Of a DNA stretch of 64,000 nt, positions 1 to 9,003 are shown one piece after another. Both the position numbers and the translations under genes were made by a program. The stretch comes from Minisyncoccota bacterium (GTDB lineage: Bacteria > Patescibacteriota > Minisyncoccia > Phycocordibacterales > SBAW01): assembly GCA_018060985.1 (NCBI GenBank), contig JAGOUZ010000001.1, forward strand, positions 85,057-149,056, given 5' to 3'. Below the pieces are notes generated by a model that saw nothing but the letters and a program-made list of their open reading frames with translations, was not told the DNA's origin and did not search any database. Each line of letters starts with the position of its first letter. The stretch's first letter is position 1.

Positions 1-447
1 CTTAAGCAGGACGGCAACTATGGGTGGCCTATCTGCTACGGCAAAAATATCCACGACACCGAATTCGACAAGAATACCTACATCCGTAATCCTTGCATGA
101 CACCCTTCGAAACGCCGTCGCACATCGACATGCCTGCGCACTCTGCTCCGCTCGGGATCGCATTTGTACCAGAAGAAGGTTGGCCGGAAGAGTGGTGGTA
201 TGACGCTCTAGTTGCCTACCATGGCTCATGGAACCGCAGCACGCCAACCGGCTACAAGATTGTTCGCATACCTCTTAACGCACAGGGTATACCCTCAAGC
301 GCCCCACAAGATTTTATGACTGGCTTTACTACAGAAAACGATGTCATTGGTCGCCCTGTATCTCTCATGATTGAGCCGGGAGGCATACTGTGGGTCTCAG
401 ATGACAAAGCAGGGGCAATCTATCGCATAACACGCATCGGGGAATAA
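1..447 (+). CDS. PQQ-dependent sugar (glucose/sorbosone) dehydrogenase family protein, C-terminal fragment; the 5' end lies outside the window
   Basis: Frame 1 is open from position 1. It reads LKQDGNYGWPICYG...GIAFVPEEGWPEEWWYDALVAYHGSWNRSTP, matching the soluble aldose/sorbosone dehydrogenase beta-propeller family (GWP..CYG motif). Confidence 0.6.
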   Translation, partial: LKQDGNYGWPICYGKNIHDTEFDKNTYIRNPCMTPFETPSHIDMPAHSAPLGIAFVPEEGWPEEWWYDALVAYHGSWNRSTPTGYKIVRIPLNAQGIPSSAPQDFMTGFTTENDVIGRPVSLMIEPGGILWVSDDKAGAIYRITRIGE

Positions 448-517
448 TAATTCATTCAATCTTTAGATTGTGTGTAGATGGTTACTTGCGCTGCCGTAGC
501 GCTTGACCCACTATTGA

Positions 518-2584
518 TTGATGAATATAGGCAGTTTTTACCCGAGTCACTACTTTAGGGATCTTCTGCTGCCGGCATTGTTTACCTTTGCCGCGTATAT
601 GCTAACCGGGAGTCTCGGGCTCAGTATTTACCCAGCCCATGAGTTTGCATCGCTGGTGTGGCCTCCGGCAGGCATAGCCGTTGCAGCATTGCTACTTTGG
701 GGTAACCGGCTATGGCCGGTCATTTTACTTGCGGCATTTGCTGTGAACTTCTTTAATGGTGCGCCAATTTTGGTGTGCGCGGGGATAGCAGTTGGAAATA
801 CTCTTGAAGCTCTCACTGCGAGCTATTTAATGCGACGTATTGGTTTCCAAAATTGGTTTGGCCGGTTACGCGACTCACTGGGATTTATTATCCTCGCCGC
901 ATTTTGGGCAACCACTGTAAGTGCCACCATGGGCATAGGCTCGCTCGCACTTGGTGGTCTTGTTCCTACTGTAGACCTGCTAAGTACGTGGTTTACGTGG
1001 TGGGTTGGCGATGTTATGAGTGTGCTCGTCGTTGCACCACTTCTTATTACCTGGCTCTCAGGTAGACCCTTCAGTAAAAATCCCGCAGAAATTGCCGAGC
1101 GTGTGGCCATTTTAACCAGCATTGCTGTTATTACGCTCCTTGTGTCCTGGGCACCCTTTAATCAGATAGGCACGATGTCGCTGCTCTATATCCTGATTAT
1201 TCCCCTCATTTGGGCGGGGCTGCGCGCTGGCCCGCGCATTGTTACGCTCGGCATCTTCCTCACCTGTGTTATTGGGCTTGCAGGTCTTATTGGAAACGGC
1301 CTAGCCGTTTCTACTCAGTCAATCCTTCTTACACAACTCCTCCTTGGCACAATCACCATTGTGTTTTTGATCTTTACCTCTGCGGTAGAGGAAAGGAAGG
1401 ACGCTATTGCCGCTCTACGCAAACACGTCATTAACCTTGAAGATGCGGTAAAAGAGATCAGCTATCAAGACCAGGCGAAAGATGAATTCTTGGCACTGCT
1501 TGCACATGAGCTGCGCAATCCCCTCGCGCCAATCGTCAGTTCAATCGAACTCATTAAGCTTGAGAAAGGGTTAGATACTCCTTTGCGCCGCGTGGTTCGG
1601 ACTATCGATGAGCACATCAACACTCTCGTACGACTGGTGGACGATCTGCTCGACACCTCGCGCATTTCGCAGAAAAAGCTCAAACTTCAGCGCGAACCCG
1701 TAGAACTTCAACGCGTGATGCGCCGCTGCATGGCAGTGGTTGAGCCTCTGATGAAAAGTCGCGGCCACCATTTTACTGCCTCTATACCCCCAGAACCCCT
1801 CTGGCTTGAGGCAGACCCAGTGCGCCTTGAGCAAATTGTTGTAAATATTCTAAACAACGCAGCAAAATATACCGAGCAAGGAGGCGCGATAGATTTACGA
1901 GTGCGCGTTGCCGATGGGTCTGTTGAGGTGCGCGTACGTGACAATGGCATAGGTATTCCGGCTACTATGCTCGAGAAAATTTTTGAACCGTTTTTGCAGC
2001 TAGAGCGCAAAAACCGTCTGAATGCCGGTATTGGCATCGGCCTTGCCCTCACAAAATATCTGACCGAAATGCATGGAGGCATTATCGAGGCGTACAGTCC
2101 TGGCGAAGGTCAGGGAAGTGAATTCATGGTTACGTTGCCACTGTTACCGAGTGCTCCCCCTCCACAACCAAAACAGAACGACCCCCTTTCCAGGCGTTCG
2201 CCCGGGGGACCATTAAAGATATTAGTGGTGGACGACAACGAACCTGCCGCAAATGCGTTATCCAAACTTTTGTCCATGCGTGGACATACGGTGGACGTTG
2301 TCTACACGGGCGAAGGCGCTGTAGAGCGCGTACCTACATTCAAGCCCGACGTAGTACTGCTTGATGTGGGCCTCCCCGACATTGATGGCTACGAGGTTGC
2401 ACGACGCTTGCGCACGGCCAAAACAACCGCAACTCTTATCGCAGTAACCGGCTATGGCGCCGACAAAGATAAAGACGAGGCACTAGCAGCTGGTTTCTCG
2501 TTCCATTTAGTTAAACCCGTTGGCCTAGCAGAGCTAGAAGTCATCTTTAAGCAGCTTCATCAAGGTATCAGGCGCAAGAAGTAA
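518..2584 (+). CDS. Hybrid sensor histidine kinase: N-terminal MASE1-like polytopic membrane domain, HisKA, HATPase_c and a C-terminal receiver domain
   Basis: About 8 predicted TM helices in the first 300 aa. H-box AHELRNPL. ATPase G-boxes (DNGIGIP, GIGIGLAL). C-terminal ILVVDDNEPA...VVLLDVGLPDIDG receiver. Confidence 0.85.
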   Translation: MMNIGSFYPSHYFRDLLLPALFTFAAYMLTGSLGLSIYPAHEFASLVWPPAGIAVAALLLWGNRLWPVILLAAFAVNFFNGAPILVCAGIAVGNTLEALTASYLMRRIGFQNWFGRLRDSLGFIILAAFWATTVSATMGIGSLALGGLVPTVDLLSTWFTWWVGDVMSVLVVAPLLITWLSGRPFSKNPAEIAERVAILTSIAVITLLVSWAPFNQIGTMSLLYILIIPLIWAGLRAGPRIVTLGIFLTCVIGLAGLIGNGLAVSTQSILLTQLLLGTITIVFLIFTSAVEERKDAIAALRKHVINLEDAVKEISYQDQAKDEFLALLAHELRNPLAPIVSSIELIKLEKGLDTPLRRVVRTIDEHINTLVRLVDDLLDTSRISQKKLKLQREPVELQRVMRRCMAVVEPLMKSRGHHFTASIPPEPLWLEADPVRLEQIVVNILNNAAKYTEQGGAIDLRVRVADGSVEVRVRDNGIGIPATMLEKIFEPFLQLERKNRLNAGIGIGLALTKYLTEMHGGIIEAYSPGEGQGSEFMVTLPLLPSAPPPQPKQNDPLSRRSPGGPLKILVVDDNEPAANALSKLLSMRGHTVDVVYTGEGAVERVPTFKPDVVLLDVGLPDIDGYEVARRLRTAKTTATLIAVTGYGADKDKDEALAAGFSFHLVKPVGLAELEVIFKQLHQGIRRKK

Positions 2585-2595
2585 TACTTTATGGC

Positions 2596-2778
2596 ATGCA
2601 AGTATTAATTACATGCAGCGAGTGCGGACATAAGGAGTGGGGATACTCCGAGCGCGATCTGATGAACAAGATCAAGCTCGTTAACCACGCTTCTAAGGCT
2701 CACCCGACACAGCTAGAGCGCATTATGCGTCTCTCGCTCCCTAAGGTAGAGCCCGTGCAACCGCTCGCATATGCTTAA
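2596..2778 (+). CDS. Small hypothetical protein with a CxxC motif (possible zinc-ribbon)
   Basis: 60-aa ORF sits 12 nt after the kinase stop. Reads MQVLITCSECGHKEW...; no family recognised. Confidence 0.4.
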   Translation: MQVLITCSECGHKEWGYSERDLMNKIKLVNHASKAHPTQLERIMRLSLPKVEPVQPLAYA

Positions 2779-2824
2779 CAAAAAACTGCGTACCTTTTTT
2801 CCGTGAGTGCTATACTAGGCCTTA

Positions 2825-3592
2825 ATGGAGCTGTTTCAGAGCGCACTCTTAGGAATTATTGAGGGTATTACCGAATTTTTGCCCATCTCTTCAACTGGGC
2901 ATTTAATACTGGCGAGCAACGCGCTTGGTATCCCCCACACGGAGTTTCTGAAAAGTTTTGAGATCATCATCCAGCTTGGCGCAATCCTTGCTGTGATCGC
3001 TCTCTACTGGCGCGATTTTCTTAAAATAGAAATTCTCAAGAAATTGTTTGTGGCTTTTTTGCCAACGGCAGTTATTGGCTTTGCCCTCTACCCTTTTATT
3101 AAAGGATACTTACTTGGCAACGAAGTAGTCGTGCTATGGGCACTCCTCCTTGGCGGTGCAGCACTGATTGTGTTTGAGATATTCCATAAAGAAAACGCTC
3201 ATACGACGGGCACTATCACGACCATGAACTACCAACAAGCCGCGCTCATTGGCGTTGCTCAGGCCCTAGCCGTAATCCCTGGCGTTTCGCGCTCTGCCGC
3301 AACCATTGTCGGTGGCCTCCTTCTTGGCATGAAGCGCATCGCCATAGTCGAGTTCTCCTTCTTGCTTGCAGTTCCCACAATGATGGCCGCAACGGGGCTC
3401 GACTTGGTAAAGAGTTATTCGAGCTTTTCGATGGATCAGTTTGGCGTCCTTGCCGTAGGATTTATTACCTCTTTTGTCGTGGCAACGCTTGCCATCAAGT
3501 TCCTCCTTGCCTTTGTACGCACGCACACTTTTATTGCGTTTGGCTTTTACCGCATCATCTTGGCCATAGTCTTTTTCCTCTTTATCTTGTAA
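2825..3592 (+). CDS. uppP: Undecaprenyl-diphosphatase (UppP/BacA)
   Basis: N-terminal signature MELFQSALLGIIEGITEFLPISSTGHLIL plus a polytopic membrane profile. Typical length of 255 aa. Confidence 0.9.
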   Translation: MELFQSALLGIIEGITEFLPISSTGHLILASNALGIPHTEFLKSFEIIIQLGAILAVIALYWRDFLKIEILKKLFVAFLPTAVIGFALYPFIKGYLLGNEVVVLWALLLGGAALIVFEIFHKENAHTTGTITTMNYQQAALIGVAQALAVIPGVSRSAATIVGGLLLGMKRIAIVEFSFLLAVPTMMAATGLDLVKSYSSFSMDQFGVLAVGFITSFVVATLAIKFLLAFVRTHTFIAFGFYRIILAIVFFLFIL

Positions 3593-3601
3593 AACTAGAG
3601 G

Positions 3602-4744
3602 GTGAAAATAGCGCTTTTTACGGACACCTTTCCCCCGCAGGTTAATGGGGTTGCCAACACCGTCGCTCGCTACGCTAAAGCACTCAGCGAGATGGGGCAT
3701 GAGGTGTGTGTGTTTACGATCTCAGATCTAAGTGCCCAGAAACTTGAAGAGGCATGCGGCCACGCTTACAGCGTTCGTACGTTTCTTTCCCTGCCTGCCC
3801 TTGTTTACCCCGGTCTGCGCGCTGGGATACCGTTTGTTGGTGTGTTAAAAGCCGTGCGCGAGTTTAATCCTGACGTTATACATACCCATACGCCTTTTGC
3901 CGTGGGGTGGAGCGCTGTTCGTGCGGCGCGTAAACTTCATATCCCACTTGTTGGCACCCATCACACATTTTTTGATCACTACTTATCGCATGTGCATCTA
4001 GACTTTGCATGGGCACGCAACCTGGTATGGAAGCTTACCGTCAGGTACTACAGTCACTGCGACGTCGTAATAAGCCCTACCCGCTCGCTGAAGCATGGCC
4101 TCGAAGATCATGGGCTAACAAAGCCGATCGAAATACTGCCGAATATCCTGGACATCAACTTTTACGCTCCCTCAGCGCGACAGCCGGTCCAGCACAAAAC
4201 TCTGGTCTACATGGGCCGACTCAGTTACGAAAAGAGCATCGATGACGTACTTAAAGCTATGGCGCATGTCATTAAGCGTATGCCCAACACTCTCCTGCTT
4301 ATTATTGGCGACGGCCCAGAGCGCGAAAAGTTAGAAGCCTTGAGCGCTGAGCTTGGTATTGCGGAACACTGCATCTTTACTGGCTTTTTGTACGGCGAGG
4401 AGCTGGTATACACGCTTGGACAGTGTGATGTGTACTTAACCGGCAGTAAGAGTGAGAACATGCCGCTGGCGCTTATGGAAGCAATGGCCGTTGGTCTCCC
4501 TATCGTTGCGGTGCGCTCGCTCGGCCTGGAAGAGATGCTCGTACACCGCAAAAATGCCCTCCTTACTGCAGCAGGAGATCCGGTAGAAATTGCCGATCGT
4601 GTTATTGAAATATTAGAAGACGAAGCTCTGCGAATAAAATTCTCTGAAAATTCGCGCACGATGTCCCGCGTCTATTCTCAAGAAGTGGTGATGGGAAAGA
4701 CGGTTGAACTCTATGAACGCGCTAGCGAATATGTTTCCAGTTAG
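3602..4744 (+). CDS. Glycosyltransferase family 4 (GT-B, retaining)
   Basis: N-terminal MKIALFTDTFPPQVNGVANTV (GT4 N-domain). C-terminal EX7E-like region GSKSENMPLALMEAMAVGLPIVA. Confidence 0.85.
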   Translation: MKIALFTDTFPPQVNGVANTVARYAKALSEMGHEVCVFTISDLSAQKLEEACGHAYSVRTFLSLPALVYPGLRAGIPFVGVLKAVREFNPDVIHTHTPFAVGWSAVRAARKLHIPLVGTHHTFFDHYLSHVHLDFAWARNLVWKLTVRYYSHCDVVISPTRSLKHGLEDHGLTKPIEILPNILDINFYAPSARQPVQHKTLVYMGRLSYEKSIDDVLKAMAHVIKRMPNTLLLIIGDGPEREKLEALSAELGIAEHCIFTGFLYGEELVYTLGQCDVYLTGSKSENMPLALMEAMAVGLPIVAVRSLGLEEMLVHRKNALLTAAGDPVEIADRVIEILEDEALRIKFSENSRTMSRVYSQEVVMGKTVELYERASEYVSS

Positions 4745-5441
4745 GATGCCATGTACGGCCAAACAATTTAACAAAGAAGAGGTTTATAGTCCACTCGAAC
4801 CATAGTCGCATCCAGCCTATGGCATGCGCCCGACGACTTTCGTGCATAACCCAGAGCCGGCGCACCAGGCGAACCTGCCCGAGCTTACGCAAGCGTCCGT
4901 ATAGATCGTTGTCTTCGGAGATATTTAGCTTTTCGTTATAACCCCCTAGCTTACGAAAGGCTTCAGTACGCATCATTTGAAACTCGCCTGAAATACCTGC
5001 CGCGCGAAATACATTGTTTACGATAAAACAGTTAAAGTTGATGATCATGTGCGAAATTTTGTCGCCCCAGGTCTCAAACTCAGGAAGTGTCTTTACCCGG
5101 GCGCCAATAGCAACCAAGCGCTTGTTTTGGTCAAATTCCTGGACGGCTGTCTTAAAAAAATCGTCTATATTTACCAATGTAACGTCGGCATCTACAAATG
5201 CCAGCAACTCTCCTGTAGCTACTTTTGCGCCTTCATTGCGGCCCCGCCCGGCATTTCGTGGCATGTTTTCATAGCGCACCACTCGGTCCGCATACTGCTC
5301 CGCTATAGCCACCGTGCCGTCGGTACTACCGCTATCAGAGACAATAAGTTCGTACGGTACACTAGAAAGCTTCTTAATGTCTTTAAGGGTTGCTTCTAGG
5401 GCTCTTTCTTCGTTAAAAGTAGGAATGATTATTGAAATCAT
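4722..5441 (-). CDS. Small GT2 glycosyltransferase, polyprenyl-phosphate sugar transferase-like (DPM1/GtrB/ArnC type)
   Basis: MISIIIPTFNEE...DSGSTDGT...DAD motif. 239 aa with no C-terminal TM. Its 3' end overlaps the GT4 gene by 23 nt in convergent orientation. Confidence 0.8.
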   Translation of the reverse strand: MISIIIPTFNEERALEATLKDIKKLSSVPYELIVSDSGSTDGTVAIAEQYADRVVRYENMPRNAGRGRNEGAKVATGELLAFVDADVTLVNIDDFFKTAVQEFDQNKRLVAIGARVKTLPEFETWGDKISHMIINFNCFIVNNVFRAAGISGEFQMMRTEAFRKLGGYNEKLNISEDNDLYGRLRKLGQVRLVRRLWVMHESRRAHAIGWMRLWFEWTINLFFVKLFGRTWHPNWKHIR

Positions 5442-5442
5442 G

Positions 5443-6024
5443 TTATTCCGCCTTGGCGAATTGCCGATTAATGTATCGCACTAGCATGAACGCCGCAACA
5501 AACCCAAGTAATAGCGCCACAATCTTTAAGCCCGGCGGTACAAAGGTAATCACGTTGCCAAAGTAATATCCGATCCCCATGATCATAAATACCCATACAA
5601 AACTGCCGACGAAGGTGATAGCTAAAAATGCTAGAAACGGCACTTTGAGCATGCCTGCCATTAAAATAGTCCCTGCGCCGGTGCCATAGCCATTGGTTAC
5701 TTTGGAGATCATAAGTATGGAAAGCTTGTAGCGATGGAACCGGCGCTCAATCTTTTCTACTACTGCATGAGTGAGTCCAATTTTTATACCCCACCGGTTA
5801 ATAAGCCTTCGTGCACCAAAATAGCCTACGAAGTACCACACAATGTCTGAAATGACATCACCAGCAAACAGGGCGGCATAGGTGGGCCAGAACTCGGTTT
5901 GTCCGGCTTGCCATAGCACGCCACCGGTCATCATCACGAAAGCTCCTTCAGTAAAGGAACCTAAGAAGATAAGAATGTATTTTGAGCTCTCAAGAAACGC
6001 AACAATGGTAGATACAATATCCAT
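5443..6024 (-). CDS. DedA/VTT-family membrane protein; start moved to the internal Met of the 264-aa ORF
   Basis: From MDIVSTIVAFLESSKYILIFLGSFTEGAFV onward the protein shows the DedA core, ending in VTNGYGTGAGTILMAGMLKVPFLAFLAITFVG. The upstream 71 codons of the ORF have no DedA similarity. Confidence 0.7.
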   Translation of the reverse strand: MDIVSTIVAFLESSKYILIFLGSFTEGAFVMMTGGVLWQAGQTEFWPTYAALFAGDVISDIVWYFVGYFGARRLINRWGIKIGLTHAVVEKIERRFHRYKLSILMISKVTNGYGTGAGTILMAGMLKVPFLAFLAITFVGSFVWVFMIMGIGYYFGNVITFVPPGLKIVALLLGFVAAFMLVRYINRQFAKAE

Positions 6025-6036
6025 GGAGTAGCGGTA

Positions 6037-6549
6037 GTGCTTATAGTATACTCTAGGGGTATGGATAAGCGGGATTATACCCACTTGCGTTACACCCTTC
6101 CCCATTCGGCAATGGTGTATCCTGCTAGCCTGGGCGACCGCCTTAAGTACTGGTTTTGGCGTGCCTTCCATCCTATCCACCCCTATGTGCGCGACGCCAT
6201 TATTGCACTGCGTATCTACAAATATGAAGGGCGCCAAGACTACTTAATTGGCAAAATTGCTCCAGGCCTTTCAATTGAAGAGATAGTCTCTCATCTTATT
6301 GAGCAGGGCTATTCCAACCATTTTATTGCCCTTGAAGACCCTGGTGAGGTTGTCAGCCTCCGCTATACCGATAGTTTTAAATACCAGTACCATATACGCG
6401 TCTTTGAAGACGGCGAGGTTCGTGCACATTATGAATTCACCCCCGAGTGCCATCCCATTCTTCATATGAAGAATGGCACCTGGGAAGATCGCCGACATGA
6501 GTTCTTAACTTTACTAGGCCACAGAATTGTTCCAGTGCAAGAGCTCTAA
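6037..6549 (+). CDS. Hypothetical protein; alternative starts at 6061 or 6112
   Basis: 170-aa ORF with coding-like composition, divergent from the DedA gene. No recognisable family. Confidence 0.4.
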   Translation: MLIVYSRGMDKRDYTHLRYTLPHSAMVYPASLGDRLKYWFWRAFHPIHPYVRDAIIALRIYKYEGRQDYLIGKIAPGLSIEEIVSHLIEQGYSNHFIALEDPGEVVSLRYTDSFKYQYHIRVFEDGEVRAHYEFTPECHPILHMKNGTWEDRRHEFLTLLGHRIVPVQEL

Positions 6550-6671
6550 AGCCGTTATTTTGCAACGTATTTCCGAATTCTGAAGACAGTTCCTTAAATC
6601 TTCATGTAGAGTCCTTCATACTTAGAAGGGTTCATTGACTGTTTTATTCGTTGTAACACAACCATAACTAT

Positions 6672-7361
6672 ATGCATTTGCTCATTGTTGAAGACGAAGA
6701 GAAGTTAGCTAAAGCACTAAAAAAGGGTCTCGAGTTAAAAGGCTACGCCGTTGACTGGCTCCCTGATGCCGAAAAGGCACGGAACCGCATCATGCTCTAT
6801 CGAAATGAGTACGATTTGATCATTTTGGACCTTATGCTCCCCAATGTAGATGGCGCCACTATTACTGAAGCAGTTAGAGCGGAGGGCGTAACTACCCCTA
6901 TTATTATCTTGACTGCTCGTAACGAGACCGAACACAAGGTAGACCTGCTCAACAAAGGTGCCGACGATTATATTGTAAAACCCTTCTCATTTGAGGAGCT
7001 ATTGTCCCGCATCAGCGCCGTATTGCGCCGGCCTACTACCACCAAAGCGCCAGTCCTCAAGGTAGGAGTACTCGAAATGGACATTGGCACCCGCACTGTG
7101 CGCAAAAATGGCAAGGAAGTGCCACTTACTCTTAAGGAATTTTCACTCCTTGAGTGCTTCATGCGACAACCAAACGAGGTACTCTCGCGAGAAAAGCTCT
7201 TTGATCATGTATGGGACTTCAATTCCCTCTCCTGGTCTAACGTACTCGACGTGCATATGAAGAACCTACGCAAAAAACTTGATCAAACCGAAGATATAGA
7301 GCCTCTATTCGAGACGGTACGTGGCGTCGGCTACAAACTGGCCGGCGAAGTGCACGAATAA
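6672..7361 (+). CDS. OmpR/PhoB-family response regulator (receiver + winged-helix DNA-binding domain)
   Basis: MHLLIVEDEEKLAKALKKGLELKGY...DLMLP receiver. C-terminal ...LSREKLFDHVW...VHMKNLRKKLD...TVRGVGYKL. Confidence 0.9.
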   Translation: MHLLIVEDEEKLAKALKKGLELKGYAVDWLPDAEKARNRIMLYRNEYDLIILDLMLPNVDGATITEAVRAEGVTTPIIILTARNETEHKVDLLNKGADDYIVKPFSFEELLSRISAVLRRPTTTKAPVLKVGVLEMDIGTRTVRKNGKEVPLTLKEFSLLECFMRQPNEVLSREKLFDHVWDFNSLSWSNVLDVHMKNLRKKLDQTEDIEPLFETVRGVGYKLAGEVHE

Positions 7362-7467
7362 TCTCTTGTTTTCACCTCTCCTTCATTACGTCCGGAGTAG
7401 TCTAGTAATCGGACAGGTTTTATTATCCGAGTAACGTCTTAGGAGTATGAAGGTACTGGCTTGAGCT

Positions 7468-7517
7468 GAGGGGGTCTCTTTCCCACATGTGGAGAGAGGC
7501 CCCCTCGGCGCTTTTTG
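7468..7517 (+). terminator. GC-rich imperfect hairpin plus T-run downstream of the response-regulator gene
   Basis: gagggggtctctttcccacatgtggagagaggccccctc followed by ggcgctttttg. Confidence 0.5.
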
Positions 7518-7519
7518 CC

Positions 7520-7527
7520 TGTATAAT
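7520..7527 (+). promoter_or_regulatory. Candidate extended -10 element (tgTATAAT) placed 7 nt before the cupin ATG; suggests a leaderless transcript
   Basis: tgtataat at 7520-7527. The ATG at 7535 has no Shine-Dalgarno sequence. Confidence 0.3.
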
Positions 7528-7534
7528 TTTGTAC

Positions 7535-7888
7535 ATGGAAGGCCTTTCCAATTTTGAAAGGGATGTTCGTCCGTGGGGCGCGTTTGAGCGTTTTACCTTA
7601 AACGAAAACACAACGGTAAAAATAATTACCGTAAAGGCCGGAGAAGCCTTTAGTCTGCAAACCCATGCACACCGAAAAGAAGTCTGGCGCATTCTCAGTG
7701 GCTCTGGTTCCGTGACCGTAGGCGACACAAAAACCGAAGCGATTGCCGGAAAGAGTTTCTGCATAGAAGCCGGGGTACAACATCGCGCAGAGGCAGGAAC
7801 GGAGGATCTGCAGTTTTTGGAAATAGCCTTTGGAGAGTTTGATGAGGGGGACATTACCAGGCTCGAAGATAAGTATGGGCGAACCTAA
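7535..7888 (+). CDS. Cupin-domain protein, mannose-6-phosphate isomerase type II C-terminal-like
   Basis: PWGAFERF...VKIITVKAGEAFSLQTHAHRKEVWRILSGSGSV...HRAEA...LQFLEIAFGEFDEGDITRLEDKYGR matches the PMI-II/ManC cupin. Start chosen at MEGLSNFERDV, since the longer ORF starting at 7487 would span the terminator hairpin. Confidence 0.7.
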   Translation: MEGLSNFERDVRPWGAFERFTLNENTTVKIITVKAGEAFSLQTHAHRKEVWRILSGSGSVTVGDTKTEAIAGKSFCIEAGVQHRAEAGTEDLQFLEIAFGEFDEGDITRLEDKYGRT

Positions 7889-8999
7889 TTTCACTCCGTT
7901 ATTTTTTTTACTACTTGCCCTTGCGCTCGGTTTTCTTGCGCTTGTTTACTACTGGTACACACACGTAAGTAAACCGGTTGAGTTAAAGAGATTCAAAGAA
8001 AACCCAATATTGAGCCCCCGCAGAGAGGTCTGGTGGGAGTCTGAGGCAGTGTTCAACCCAGCAGCGCTGTATAGCGACGGCCGAGTGCATCTTCTGTACC
8101 GAGCGCTTGGACCTGATGGTATTTCGCGCATTGGCTATGCATCATCTGCTGATGGCATACATTTTGACGAACGCCTTCCTCACCCGGTGTTCCAACCTGA
8201 CCGCAGCTTTGGCATCCCTAACCAAAACCGCATCTATGGCCCTCTTTCCTACAGCCAAACATCATATGCATCTGGCGGCGGCTGGGGCGGCTGCGAAGAT
8301 CCTCGTATGGTAAAAATCGACGATCATGTACATATGACTTTTGTAGCATTCGACGGCTGGGGCTTTGTACGTGTAGCACTTGCCTCCATACTCCACGCAA
8401 GTTTTTTGGGCAAAAAATGGAATTGGAAGCAACCCGTACTCATGTCGCCGCCCGGAGAAATTCATAAAAACTGGGTGCTCTTTCCAGAAAAGATTAATGG
8501 CAAATATGCCATACTACACAGCCTTACACCAAAGATCCTTGTTGACTACGTAGACAATCTTGAAGCGTTTGATGGCACTAAGTTTATTTATGGATCAACG
8601 CGCGCCGGAGGGCGCGAGGGCGAATGGGACAACATAGTACGTGGCGCCGGTGCACCACCTATCAAAACCCCTTATGGCTGGCTTCTTTTTTATCATGGTA
8701 TGAACTCGCAAGAGCCGCATATTGGCTACAAAGTGGGTGCCATGCTCCTCGATCTAGATGACCCAACACAGGTACTGTACCGATCTGCGTACCCGATACT
8801 TACCCCGAACGAGTGGTACGAGCATGACTGGAAGCCAAACGTCGTAATGGCAACCGGCGCAGTAGTTGTAGGAGACGAGTTGCTCGTGTATTACGGTGGC
8901 GGGGATAAACATATTGCAGCCGCTCGCACAGATTTGCGTGACTTCATTCGCCGACTTCAGACTGACGAGCATATTGTGCTTACTCCGGTTACACTATAA
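7875..8999 (+). CDS. Glycoside hydrolase family 130 (DUF377) glycoside phosphorylase-like enzyme with an N-terminal transmembrane anchor
   Basis: TM segment LFFLLLALALGFLALVYYWY, then the GH130 hallmarks FNPAALYSDGRVHLLYRALG and GCEDPRMVKIDDHVHMTFVAFDG. The ORF could instead start at 7830. Confidence 0.8.
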   Translation: MGEPNFTPLFFLLLALALGFLALVYYWYTHVSKPVELKRFKENPILSPRREVWWESEAVFNPAALYSDGRVHLLYRALGPDGISRIGYASSADGIHFDERLPHPVFQPDRSFGIPNQNRIYGPLSYSQTSYASGGGWGGCEDPRMVKIDDHVHMTFVAFDGWGFVRVALASILHASFLGKKWNWKQPVLMSPPGEIHKNWVLFPEKINGKYAILHSLTPKILVDYVDNLEAFDGTKFIYGSTRAGGREGEWDNIVRGAGAPPIKTPYGWLLFYHGMNSQEPHIGYKVGAMLLDLDDPTQVLYRSAYPILTPNEWYEHDWKPNVVMATGAVVVGDELLVYYGGGDKHIAAARTDLRDFIRRLQTDEHIVLTPVTL

Positions 9000-9003
9000 G
9001 AGT

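Noticed and set aside
5443-6237. Full 264-aa ORF for the DedA gene
   Set aside because: The first 71 codons lack DedA similarity and overlap the divergent + ORF; the internal Met at 6024 fits the family N-terminus.
7487-7534. Longer start for the cupin gene (MWREAPSALFAC...)
   Set aside because: It would translate through the terminator hairpin of the upstream gene. The conserved cupin N-terminus begins at MEGLSNF.
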